Positions 28,501 to 39,028 of a stretch of DNA of 64,000 nt are shown here, piece after piece (the stretch's first letter is position 1; each line of letters begins with the position of its first letter). Made by a program: the position numbers and the translations under genes. Origin of the DNA: Catajapyx aquilonaris (Eukaryota); the NCBI GenBank assembly GCA_000934665.2, contig KZ538030.1, positions 1 through 64,000 on the forward strand, given 5' to 3'. A model generated the notes under the pieces. The model did no database searches and was not told the DNA's origin. It saw nothing but the letters and a program-made list of their open reading frames with translations.

Positions 28501-31500
28501 TCAGTAAGAACCCAGAACCGGCTTTACATCTCGATCACTTCAAGCAACCTCTTCCTATCGACACAATGCACGTTGCGTGCTCCAAACGCGACAAACACGT
28601 CGCACCGAGGCTGTAATCATTATTGAGCACATAATTTGTCGTATGCGAGGTGCATGAAGGGTGCCAGTTTTGTGTGATACTGATGCCGGCATTTATTGAG
28701 CGCCAAGCCCGCAGTTTCTACCCTCCCCCATCTGCGCAGACTGGAAAAGGTGGGTCGATCTGCGCACCTTTGCTACAATTATTCCGGCACATAAGTAGGG
28801 CACTACTGCTACTGCACACATGAAACGCGTGGGACATTCCATGTGACGGGCTTGGCAGGTACGGCACGCCCTTTGGCTAAAACCCACACTAAAAGCTTTG
28901 CATATGCCCGGTTCGACCTTTTTTTTTGAATCAAGTGGACCTGTCCGTACTAGCGTAATCCAACTTGCAGTGTGTAGTAACGCAAAAAAAAATTATGGAA
29001 GGTTATTTCTGGGTCGCAACATTCATGCCTGGTCGTACCTGCGCTGAGGTGATTAATAAATTATTAAAATATCGACTTTGCTGGTGTGTCACCTGCACGG
29101 TATGAAGATCACCTTATAATTTGTTGTAAGCTTATCATAAATAAACAGCACCCCATTAATTTAGTGTGTCGCATATGTATGGTCTTAAATACTTTTCATG
29201 CCTGCCTAGTGGACTAGACTGGACAAAACAGGGATGTTATAATATATAGGACCAGACAAATTGAGTTCATTCAACCATGGCTCGCGTGGGAAGCACCTAA
29301 CGAGATAGAACCACAAGCGTCTTCTGGGGAGTAAGCAGCCACCATGAAAATGCAAAATTAAAGAGCAAGCGTGCATCGTTGAGCATGAATATTTAAATGA
29401 TGTCCGCGTAGCTATATATGGCTATTTCTAACGGCCTGCATTAAACATCGCGAACATTTTATGCGCAGTCATATGGCTGATTTTCGACGTGAATATGTGA
29501 TTATTTTACGCTTTTGGTCTCGCCAGCGCTGTATAGTTGTTATCCAGTTCCATTCTAGTGAAAAATTCAACCTCTTCTCTTCTCCCATAGCAATTATACA
29601 CCTCATTAGCAGCTTACAGTGCATATCGAGTCAGCTTACTAGCACTATCTTCTGACACAAAGTATTTCATTGTCACGCATTGACATGGCGCTCTTTTAAC
29701 ATCCAAATTAATGATCGTCTATCAGTACTACTGACGTTCACCAGATCATGTGTCTGAACGCTCTCACAGCTAAAAAAAAATCTAACTGTCCCAACTTAAG
29801 ACGAGTTAACTCCACCAGTGTCAGTCTTTTCAACCCTTGTCCAACCCAAATCCGTGGCAAGAAACACCGCCAGAAAACCTAACCATCAGTCGCCTCAAAA
29901 GCTCCAATCGTGGAAGCTGAAGCAAAAAACTTTCGCTGTCCAGCCTCCAAAACTGGACAGCTCAAATTAATCCTTTCGAGACCACCCTCCCCCTTCAGGC
30001 ATTCAAAGTCCGTCGAAAACGGAAGCTCCCCCAAGGGAATGAGAAAGACTCTAATGGGAGCCTGTCCGTCCCACATCCATAAGATTCCACCTAGGATAGT
30101 AAAATAGAAAATTCGATACACATGCTCTTGCACAGCAGCTGGGGCCAGTACACATACAAAAAAATGGTAGTCTCAAGATCAAAGTTCTTGTTATAGTAAT
30201 GACTATGAAATTAACGTGCTCAGAGCCGTTGGTTCGAGGGCCTACTGTTCCCCCTCAGCAGGTATTGATCTTTCAGAGAGAGCAGGTTAGAAACGACAAT
30301 GCGAGCCAACGGAGGTCGAGGAGAACCTTGATGTGAAGAATGGAGGAAGAGGATCATTCATGGTGGTCATGCGGAGGGTGGCCAGGGGTCAAACTTTGTC
30401 CTAATCCTCACAAGTTCACAAACTTATGATTGTACCCAATCAGATTCAAGCCATTAGAGAAACAGTGATTGCTATTTTCAGTCTTTTCAATCGATATTTG
30501 GCACACTATTTTCCAAGTGGCATTATCCTATTTGATCCTGAGCCTAGAGATTCATAGCCGTCCCCTTAGACCCACAACGCATCTAGGATTGAGATATGTT
30601 ATCGTTCCAAACGAAAGGACTAGAAAAATATTTGGAAGGTTGGGGAAGATTGAAAGAGAGCTTTTCGTTCTCAAAAAAAAAAAAAAGTAATGAAAGGCAA
30701 ACACTTTGAGGTTTCTCCACAAAACGAATCACCATCTGTGGCCCTGACCATATTTCATGCGAATTTTGAGTTCGTATCACAAATGATAGATAATTTCTGT
30801 GAATTCCTTGGCAAAATTGCGAACCTGATAAATATTTCAAATATTAACGAACTAGGTCACAACTTCATTCTTCACTGCAATAGGACAAAGACCTACAGCG
30901 GATTCAGTAGACTCTAAAAATCCCTCAGAGGAGCATGTCGAGCCCACTAAAAGTTTCTGAAATTTTTGTCTCAGCCTGAATGGACATTTCTTGTAGCATA
31001 ATCAATCCATTTGGGAAGGTTCACTTCATGTGGGAATCTCTCAATCCAATATTCCCAGTCTGCACCCTTGCTGCTGTTCGGCTCTAGGGCTTTTTTCTTT
31101 CTCTTTCTCTAGACTTGAAGGGGGGGAAAGAAAGTCCTTGAAATGTCCCCACTTCCAACCTTCCCTCTTTTTACCAAACCCAAAGGAACCTATTTTCACC
31201 AGACGAAAAGGAGGAGCCAGAGTATTGACATTGATTTAAAAAAAAAAAGTGCGGAGACTTCGCTGTCTTGAAGGAAAATTGCCAATTATTGTATCGCAAA
31301 TGAAGATCGATACGAAGGGATAATCAAGTCATGCGATTTCTAGATGGGGTTCCTTTTCTTTCCACTCCCTTTTTTCCCTTCTTCTAAATCTGGTGCTTTG
31401 TTCGCTTTGACTTGAAAAGTCTGGTTCTAAGAAGGGGGAGACAATTGTAGTGCAAAAAAAAATTGCGACTCCAATATATTTTCTACGCAAAATTTCGAAG

Positions 31501-33722
31501 CAGATACAATGAATGGGGATTTCTAGAAGGCAATCCAATTTCAACCTGCAGGTAATTTATTCATTGTGAAATGGGAATTGCCCAGCGATGGTACATGATA
31601 CCATGCACCAGGTTGCATGCATAAAAATCCAATGGACTTTTCCTTCCATCACTCTTGATTTTCTGTGCCCACAGCTATTTCGCATTCTGTAACGTGCAGT
31701 TTCATTATTGATTGTCAATCAACAGTGTGACGTCAGTACCACTCTCAGGTTAATTAAATAACTAATAATATTATTATATCACTTTACGTGGTATTACTAT
31801 TGAAATATTACTCATCACAACCTATGTCCTGAAGACATCAAAATTATTCAATGCATTCTGAGATATGTATGGGTAGTCTCTAAATCGTTAATTAAATGGT
31901 CCAAGTTTATGCCAAAGTCACAAGTGATAAATTGCTGCTTATTTCATGAGCTACTGTGTGCAAAATTATTTGCTTGGCCTAGTTCCAGCTCGTTTACATA
32001 TTTATAGTACAGGAATACACATCATGGAATCGAATTATGGAAATGTAATACGTTGGTGTAGACCACACACATTTATACAACAATAACATTTAATTAGGGC
32101 ACATATAATTATTATGCACTGTGTCAAAAGTAGGTAAAACAACAATTTAAGGCTTGATGATATTGACTTACAGGCTGAATTTAAGGGCATGTCCACAGCG
32201 GAATATAGATTGAGTTTTCTGCTCTCATAGATTGCAACAGTACCTCCCTTGTGTTTTAGCTTATTATCCACACTCTTATGGGGCTAACATGGTTGGTGAA
32301 ATTATTCAGCTTGAGCAAGGAAATGAACTCAATTTCCTCACATTTAGAGCCTGCATATTTGTCGAGGTTTTGCACCAAAAAAAGGCTCCGCTCAGTTAGC
32401 CCCTATAATGCACTCTAAAATATTTCGAGTGGCTTCCGACTCAATTTGAGTGGCTTTCCCTCTTCCAGAAAAAGGAAGGACCTAGTTTACTCTTCACTCA
32501 ACAATTTGATTGACAGCTCACTCAAAAATGATTCATGGGTTTGGCTGAACTTGACTCGTTTTCTAAAGAGAATGATTGCTCATAATTAGTTCTGGAAATT
32601 TTGGCTACATTTCCCACTCACATTAGGATTTGGAATTATGGAATTTTGTATCCACCAATAATATTTCATAGTGTGCATTACACAATCCCATGTCATTATC
32701 AAGTGACACAAGTAACTTTTAGGTTTGATGCAGTGCACTCAATATGTGATTGACACTGTATTGGAATTGAGTCATGAATATTGCTGAATTATTTTTTGAA
32801 CAATAATTCTTCAAAACTAGTTAGCCACCTTTTGAGTGTCGTCAGGTTCACTCAAAATACTTCAGATTCTGCAGGATATTACAGTGACATGTAATTAATA
32901 GGGTTGATAATAGTTCACATTCCTGGCTACCAATCAGAATAGCATCATTTCACGCGCCTTCTGCGCCATCTATCATAGATCCTTTTTTTTCCAGGAACCA
33001 AACTGCCTCTTAAAGTCCACACATGATTAACGTGCCCCACATTCCTTACGTCCCCTCGAACGTGATTCATAAATGGTGCAAATTTATGAGAGGCCAATCT
33101 CCATACCTGCTGGCGCCGCTGCTGGTTGCTGCAGTGGCGGCCTCTGAGGCCTAGGTCCCATCATCCCCATAGGTCCACCCGGTCCACCCGGTCCGCCCGG
33201 TCCGCCCGGTGGTCCACCAGGTCCACCCAGTGGTCCAAGTGGTCCGCCCGGTCCAATTGGTCCACCCGGTCCACCTGGTCCGGGACCATGGGGCCCACCC
33301 GGTCCGTGAGGTCCCATAGGCCCTCGAGGTCCACCGGGTCCCATGGGCCCCATAGGCCCCATAGGTCCACGCGGTCCTCCCGGCCTCATAGGTCCCGCAC
33401 CTCTAGGCGGCATCATGCCCATAGGCGGCCCTCCAGGCGGGCCCCGAGGCGGCCCCCCCATCCCACCGGGGCCCGGGAACCTCGGTCCCCCCATCCCAAA
33501 CCTCGGTCCTCCAGGTCCAGGCCCAGGTCCAGGCGGTCCCGGCCCGGGTCCCACAGGCCTCATGGGCCTACCCTGCATATGGGGCGGCTGGGCCCCCATC
33601 GGGGGCATAGGCTGCGTACCCGGGGCTGCCCCTGGGCCGCCCGGCCCCCCCATTTGCTGCTGCTGCTGCTGTTCCTCCGCACCCATAAGGGTGTTCAACA
33701 TCTTTGACGCGAAATTGAACAT
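1526..33722 (-). CDS. Piccolo/RIM/Fife-like presynaptic active-zone scaffold protein (spliced model, ~805 aa if the candidate last exon is used)
   Basis: Phase-compatible GT-AG exons: 33722-33107, 20904-20757, 10534-10402, 8358-8260, 3658-3530, 3110-1829 and candidate last exon 1536-1526. The product contains [21 protein letters not shown] (resembles the Piccolo/RIM N-terminal helix) and a zinc finger CALC...CVDC...VCANC...EWVCNVC. The 3' end is uncertain. Confidence 0.8.
1829..3110 (-). CDS. Piccolo/RIM-like gene, large acidic and Glu/Arg-rich exon
   Basis: Lies within the 462-aa ORF 1806-3194. In-frame acceptor CGACAG|GAC at 3110 has a weak pyrimidine tract; donor CCAG|GTAGGA at 1829. Encodes poly-Glu tracts and a long ER/EMER helix. 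Confidence 0.8.
3530..3658 (-). CDS. Piccolo/RIM-like gene, exon with last zinc-finger CxxC
   Basis: Acceptor GTTTCAG|CGT and donor ATG|GTAAGA, 129 nt. Reads [43 protein letters not shown]. Confidence 0.88.
8260..8358 (-). CDS. Piccolo/RIM-like gene, central zinc-finger exon
   Basis: Acceptor CCTCAG|GTG and donor AAG|GTGAGT, 99 nt, phase 0-0. Reads [33 protein letters not shown]. Confidence 0.88.
9421..9503. repeat. 28-bp tandem repeat, 3 copies
   Basis: Unit ATATTCATTTCAAAAATATTTTCATTTA. Confidence 0.85.
10402..10534 (-). CDS. Piccolo/RIM-like gene, exon with first zinc-finger CxxC
   Basis: Acceptor TTTCCAG|A and donor GAC|GTAAGT, 133 nt. Reads [44 protein letters not shown]. This frame is not in the ORF track. 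Confidence 0.85.
11623..11801. mobile_element. Fold-back / MITE-like long imperfect inverted repeat
   Basis: TTTTATTCACTTGTCATTTTAACATTGTGATAGGTGAATAATAT pairs with ATATTATTCACATATCACAATTTCAAGGTGGAAAGTGAATAAAA, and pairing continues inward to ~70-bp arms. No TSD identified. Confidence 0.55.
13250..13437 (-). mobile_element. Degenerate copy of the same Helitron-like family
   Basis: Shares ATGGTTCCTCC...GCGCAG...CAATCGGAA.CGTCGC.GTAACA.TAT.CGGCGGACCAATCAGAAG and the ACTAGAAAA end with 16407-16645. Confidence 0.6.
16407..16645 (-). mobile_element. Short non-autonomous Helitron-like element
   Basis: Minus strand begins A|TCTATAATATTA and ends GAGCGAAGCGAGGGTTTTCTAG|T: TC and CTAG termini, an A/T target and a GC-rich subterminal motif. 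A related copy lies at 13250-13437. Confidence 0.7.
19252..19527 (-). mobile_element. tRNA-derived SINE with V-SINE-like core, full length
   Basis: Minus strand shows A box TGGCCGAGTGG, B box GTTCGATCC, core TTCTCTCCGTGTTCGCGTGGGTTTTCTCGGGGTTCTCCCGTTTCCTCCC and a (TTA)n tail. 14-bp TSD AATATGCGATAGTA at 19238-19251 and 19528-19541. Confidence 0.9.
20757..20904 (-). CDS. Piccolo/RIM-like gene, exon encoding the [10 protein letters not shown] helix
   Basis: Acceptor TTTTTACAG|GA and donor GG|GTGAGA. Translates [34 protein letters not shown]. Enters in phase 1, leaves in phase 2. Confidence 0.85.
25528..25665. repeat. ~60-bp AT-rich tandem repeat, ~2.3 copies
   Basis: Recurring ATTAAATATGCAGGAAATTATTGAATATTTATTTATTTAGCCCCAAAAT. 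Confidence 0.8.
33107..33722 (-). CDS. Piccolo/RIM-like gene, first coding exon (Gly/Pro/Met-rich low-complexity region)
   Basis: GC-rich [17 protein letters not shown]...GPMGPMGP...AAAPA. Donor CAG|GTATGG at 33107/33106 is phase 1, matching the acceptor at 20904. Confidence 0.75.
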
Positions 33723-34669
33723 GTTTTGGTGGTAAGGTGGAGGATTTTTTGAGGGGGGGTTTTGTCACAGAGGCGGGGGGGCGTGTATCACGATCGGGGT
33801 GGCCCGACTCCGGCTACCGACTCCGACATGGCCAGCTCACGATGGCAGGTCAGACAACACACAATCCCGCACTTCCATCGCACAAGAAAACCAGGGGCGG
33901 GGCTGTCCTAGGCCGCCATTTCCATTCCGGTATATCCGAAGTAAAAAAGGCACGGTTACATTTCCAAGTGGCCAAGGGGGCACAGGGTGTTTCAAAAAAT
34001 AATAATAAAAAATATATTTTGCAGGTGTCTCCCCCCCAACCCCCCCAAAATACTGTTGAACCGCCCCCCTCCCCTGCACAGGCAGGAAAAGAGACCCCCT
34101 TCACACCCCCACGGTCCTCCGGGCCTAGGGAAAAGCTGCGGCTGGAACCGCGCAGTCTCTCTGACTCTCTGCTTCTCTCTAACCCTACACACCCAACTCT
34201 ACCCCCAGCTACCTCCCCCAACCCACATAGACCCAAACCCTAGCCCCCCCTAGAACCGGCCTAGATCGATATTGACGTACTCTGAGAATGGGGCAGGGGG
34301 GGAAGGCGGGGAGATTTTTTTTTTTTTTTTTTTTTGCCATTTCTACCCTTATACGGTAGGGAGTGAAAGAGAGTTGTGTAGACTATCTATGAGGTTTAGT
34401 TAAAGAAAGATACAATTTTTTTTAGGATGAACTCATTGGGGGTTCCGGTGATTGCGTGATGGCGCAACTTTTTCGACTGAGTCATGTTTAATGTGCGGTG
34501 TTGGTATGGGAAGAACTGAGGTCACGATAGGGGTATTGGGGGTGCGACGTTGTTATTATAGTTGGCCGATAGGTTTGGAGTGACTATTAGTCATCCAAAC
34601 CAGAAGTGAGAATGGTTGCATGCAATTGGTGCAATCATGCTACTGCAATGTTTGTTGCGGTAATGAGAA

Positions 34670-35140
34670 TCGCTAGTTGAGCAGGTGAACCAGTTTGTGT
34701 TTCTGGGTATGCAGTCTTCCGATAAATCGCATATTCTACCGATATTTTTTTCATGTACGGTAGACGTATTTTAAAGAAGCAAACTGCTATGAGGTGGGAA
34801 TTGCAACAATGAGGTCATTAAAATCAGCGTTTTCTCACTAGAAACTGGTTGAACATATCAACCAGTTTGTGTTTCTGGGTATCCGATAAATCGCATATTT
34901 CATAGATATTTTTGTCATATTTTAATGTAGATGTATTTTAAAGAAGCTAACTGCTATCAGGTAGGATTTACAGGTAATTAAAATTAGCATTTTCTCACTA
35001 TAGGAACTGGTTGAGGAGGTCAACCAGTTTGTGTTTCTGGGTATTAGTCTTCCGATATATCACGCGTTTTATCGATATGTTTGTCATAACTCATAATAGA
35101 TGTAAACTGCGGTTAGGAATTACAACAATCTCACTAGTTG
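34670..35140. repeat. Diverged ~165-170-bp tandem repeat, ~3 copies
   Basis: AACCAGTTTGTGTTTCTGGGTAT recurs at ~34688, ~34860 and ~35023, each followed by CCGATA.ATC. Confidence 0.8.
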
Positions 35141-38100
35141 ACGAGAAAATATGAGCAAAATTTGATCCACACTTTATTACGAACCTCAAAAAATTACAGA
35201 AAATGACGGCCTTTGAGGATACGATTGAGTCGTAAGAATCCTGTACAGATCTACCAACTCTTTAATAACTCAACATTTCAGCTCTTCAAGTCAGAGAATC
35301 TCTCCGGTTGCAAATCTAGCAAAAGGAAAAAGCGAGTTAAGGGCCCCATAAATCAAAAGCAGAAAATATGATGGTGGTTTTCGGTCCTGGTGTGACTCCT
35401 ACCTCCCTCTTCTCTTGTCGATATCTGTACCCCCCCTCCCCCCCTCCCAAAAAAGGCTCCGGGTCCAATAAAGCTCGAATAACTATGCAAGTGGAGCGTA
35501 GTAGTCGAGACTGGAGCTCCAGTATTAGCCCGATTCCAGTAGCAGTTAGGGAACACTTAAATGCAAAAGGAACAGCCAATTGTTTCTTTCGTTTTCATGT
35601 CTTTGTTCCTGGGAGGGATAGGAAGAAATTGGGTTGGTTTTATTAAGTCTGCAGGCGTCTGGTCTAGGGCTGAGCTAATGTCTACATTTGAGAGCTGAAT
35701 AATTGCTTGTTTTCAATTGCGAATTTTGTCAACAATAGCGTTGCAAGAGGCGTGAATGACTTCACAATTATTTCAAGAGAGATACGTTCTTTGTTCAGGA
35801 TAATGCGATACATTGGCTTTGACAGGCTAATTACTATCTCAATGTATGTACATGTACTAACCATAATGTACTGTGTGCACTTGTGGTCGAATATTCGTCC
35901 ACTAGGATTCCACCTTTGGACTTCTATTGTAAGCCTGTAGGTCATACAACTGGTGTTCCAAGGATGCGGTTGCATAGTAACCAGGATGAAGATTCTTAAA
36001 AATGTTTTGCAGAATCCTTTTCCTCTTGGTGATAACAACAATCACTGAACAACAATACTCCCAACTATTACAAATGCACGTACCTTCTCTGGACATGTTC
36101 CCTGACGCATCTACTCCACAAGTCCTTTGGAACTCACTATCAGGAACACTGCCAGTGGAGTAGTATTTGTGCATTGGGTCATGTGTCTCAACTAGGTCTG
36201 GAGCCAAAAGTTTTATGACCCAGAATGGAAACGGCCACATTTCTGGTCGGATTGGTTAAAGAGACGGGACCAAATTACAATTTCCGTCCAAAATATAAAG
36301 GGAAGGTCGAAGGAGAAAGCGGGGGTAGTTTTGTGGCAAAATTTCTACCTGCAATCGCACTCTAGACCCGATAGTGATGTGCGGTCACACCTGAATTGGA
36401 AAGGGTCGACCCTCGCTACAGGATTGTTCACGGCTCTCGAAATGAGGTCACCTCCAGCTAGACTATGGGACTCTATTAGAAGGCCTGCCCGCATAGACTC
36501 GATCCAGGTCGTTATTCAACAGGATAACATTATCGGGCAAAACCTGCAGTTAAACAAAGCCGAGGTTGGCTAGAAAGTACGTAGAGAAAAAAACAGCTAT
36601 TTTGTCACTGTTACAGAGAAGCTGCGATCACTAGTAAAAATACTCAATTTTTCACATTCGCATTTGACATCATCATTGATAAGTCTTTCCCATCCTTAAC
36701 CACTTAATCATGTCAATGTGAGGAAGCGCATTAATCATGCATTCTGAGCAAGCCAGTCAAGCATGCATGTAGACATTGTTGTCCCTAGTAAATTGATAGG
36801 ATGTGTGTCAAAACCTTGTATTCTCCCCGAGGATGTATGTCCGATCAATTGACCGTGCAACGATTGATAGGGATTGTCTTGGCGAAGGGAAAGATTCATC
36901 CATCGATATCAAGCCTAAGTCAATATGACGACTGGGAGCCTTTTGCTTGGTCCACAGGGAAGTATAGGTTTTTAGTGTTTTGTGTGAGATTGGACTGTGT
37001 TGACAGTCACACAGGAGGATGCTATTCATTGTCTAAAAAGTTGAGAATCCTGATATCAAGTTGATGTGAGATATCCTGATGGTACCTAACCATCTATCCT
37101 CACTGATGAGTATAGCCAGAAGTTTAAGTCCGAAACATTTCTTTAAGTGCACAAACATATGACCTCTCAGCAAGCCCTCTTTTTCCACCATTACACTAAA
37201 TAATATCCTCCAGTCCCTTCGACAGCTGTAACCCATTCACAATCATGCTCTAAAAATATTTGACTGCGATGCTATCCTGCTCGGAACTAGGGCGTAAAAA
37301 TTTGGGTACGGAATATAAAAACGAGCACAATTTTTTTTAGGAATAGCAAATAGAATGTCTGTAGAAAAAAAAACGAATAATCGATCTTGGTACGTAGGCT
37401 TCCAGGGCCCGAAGGGGACCGACGTTATTTGTCGAGCGAAATGGACGCGGAAGCCAGAATTTAGGGCAGTTAAATCGCTCGCATGTTTCCTCGGTTCAGT
37501 TAAGGATGAATGAGTGGGCTTTTTGCATTGATCTAGCAGTTGCGAAATTGTTACTATCACTTTGATGTGCGTCATATATTCGTCTCGCATCATGAAAAGC
37601 ACCCTGTAGTTTTTAAAAGTGAGGCTAAAACGAAAAAGACATTGCTTAATTTGACAGCTATAAAGTAGCTAAGGTAGCAAAAAATAAACTAGGTGTGATG
37701 AGGTTTCTGCACGCATGATTCTCAATAGCGATGGCTATCTCTAGCCTTGTGCAAATAATTACGATAATTTTTCAAACAAATGTTCCGACGATTATTTGCC
37801 ACTTCATGCTTTTCATCCAGGACATTCTCTGCCGATTTTTTTTTTAAAGAGCACAATAGCTTGCATTCATGCTTAAGCCTATTGTTCATAAAGATACCAC
37901 TCTTTTTAGGCAGAAACACAAAATTGGCGCACGAACGGATAATTAGAAGGGTAGGCTGTAATTAACAAGCCGCACTTTTTTTTATTTAATCAACGATTTA
38001 ACCACATTTTGCAAAACGTCCCTGTTTACACTTACGTTAGAATTGTTCATAGGGCAAACCCTGCTTAATCAAATTTTTATTTTGGAGGTCGAGAGGAAGC

Positions 38101-38903
38101 AACGGACATCAAATCTGTCGCAACTGAAGTCTATAGGTTCTCTCCGAGTTTCCTTTTCCTTTTTAGTACCCCTTTTCATGGCGGAATAGTCGATAGCCTT
38201 TGACAGGTGCATGTGAGTTGGAGCCTGAATCACCACTTGGGTCCAAAAGCAAGAGAAACCCACAGGGTTTTACAACTTGGTCTTACTTACTCTCCCCCAG
38301 TAATCAACATGTAACCCTATGTACCCATACATGCCAACTCTCACGCATCATGTACTGTACGCACGGTCAGATAAAATTTTAAAAAAATAGACGAAATTCT
38401 GGGAGACCCCTTTTGGCTCATTTTATCGCTGGATAAAAGATTTAATTAGGGCGTGAACCCCCCCTAGTAAAATTAGAATGTGCTAGGGGGGGTACATGTA
38501 TGGGGGGGGGAACAAGTTTCTCACGTTATGTCGCATGTGTGCCACAGATCCATCAGATTTGGGGAAATGGGGGTAGGGGGTGGGGGAAGAAGGACGGAGA
38601 CTCCTTTTGACTTGCGTGTTGTTCAAATGATGGAGCTGGATCCAGTTCTTTTTGGACAGGACGATACAATGTCGTGGTTGGGAGCACATTTTTAGCATTT
38701 ATTCTGAACAGTAGGCTAAATTTGAAATGTGAAAGGTGTGGGTGTAAAAAATATGTGATATTACTTGCCCTGATCTGAAAATATTGGGACACCCCCAAAA
38801 AATGGAGTGGTGGGGTCCCAATATTTTCAGATCAGAGCAAGTACATACTGCACATTTATTGCAATCAGTCCATACCAGAAAACATGGTACTTTCATGCTT
38901 TTA

Positions 38904-39028
38904 GGGCCGGTTTCACCGAGCTTGGTATATGATATAACCAGGTTTCTTTAGGAAAATCCATACAAATAGATAGGGATTTTGAGAAATACCCTGGTTTTAT
39001 CATATACTGAGCTCGGTGAAACCGGCCC
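38904..39028. mobile_element. PIF/Harbinger-type (Tourist-like) MITE, 125 bp
   Basis: TIRs GGGCCGGTTTCACCGAGCT / AGCTCGGTGAAACCGGCCC, flanked on both sides by TTA (3-bp TSD). Confidence 0.85.

Noticed and set aside
33126..33735. Plus-strand ORFs and a collagen interpretation of the Gly/Pro exon
   Set aside because: The plus frames are antisense shadows of GC-rich repeats, and the Gly-X-Y register is repeatedly broken.
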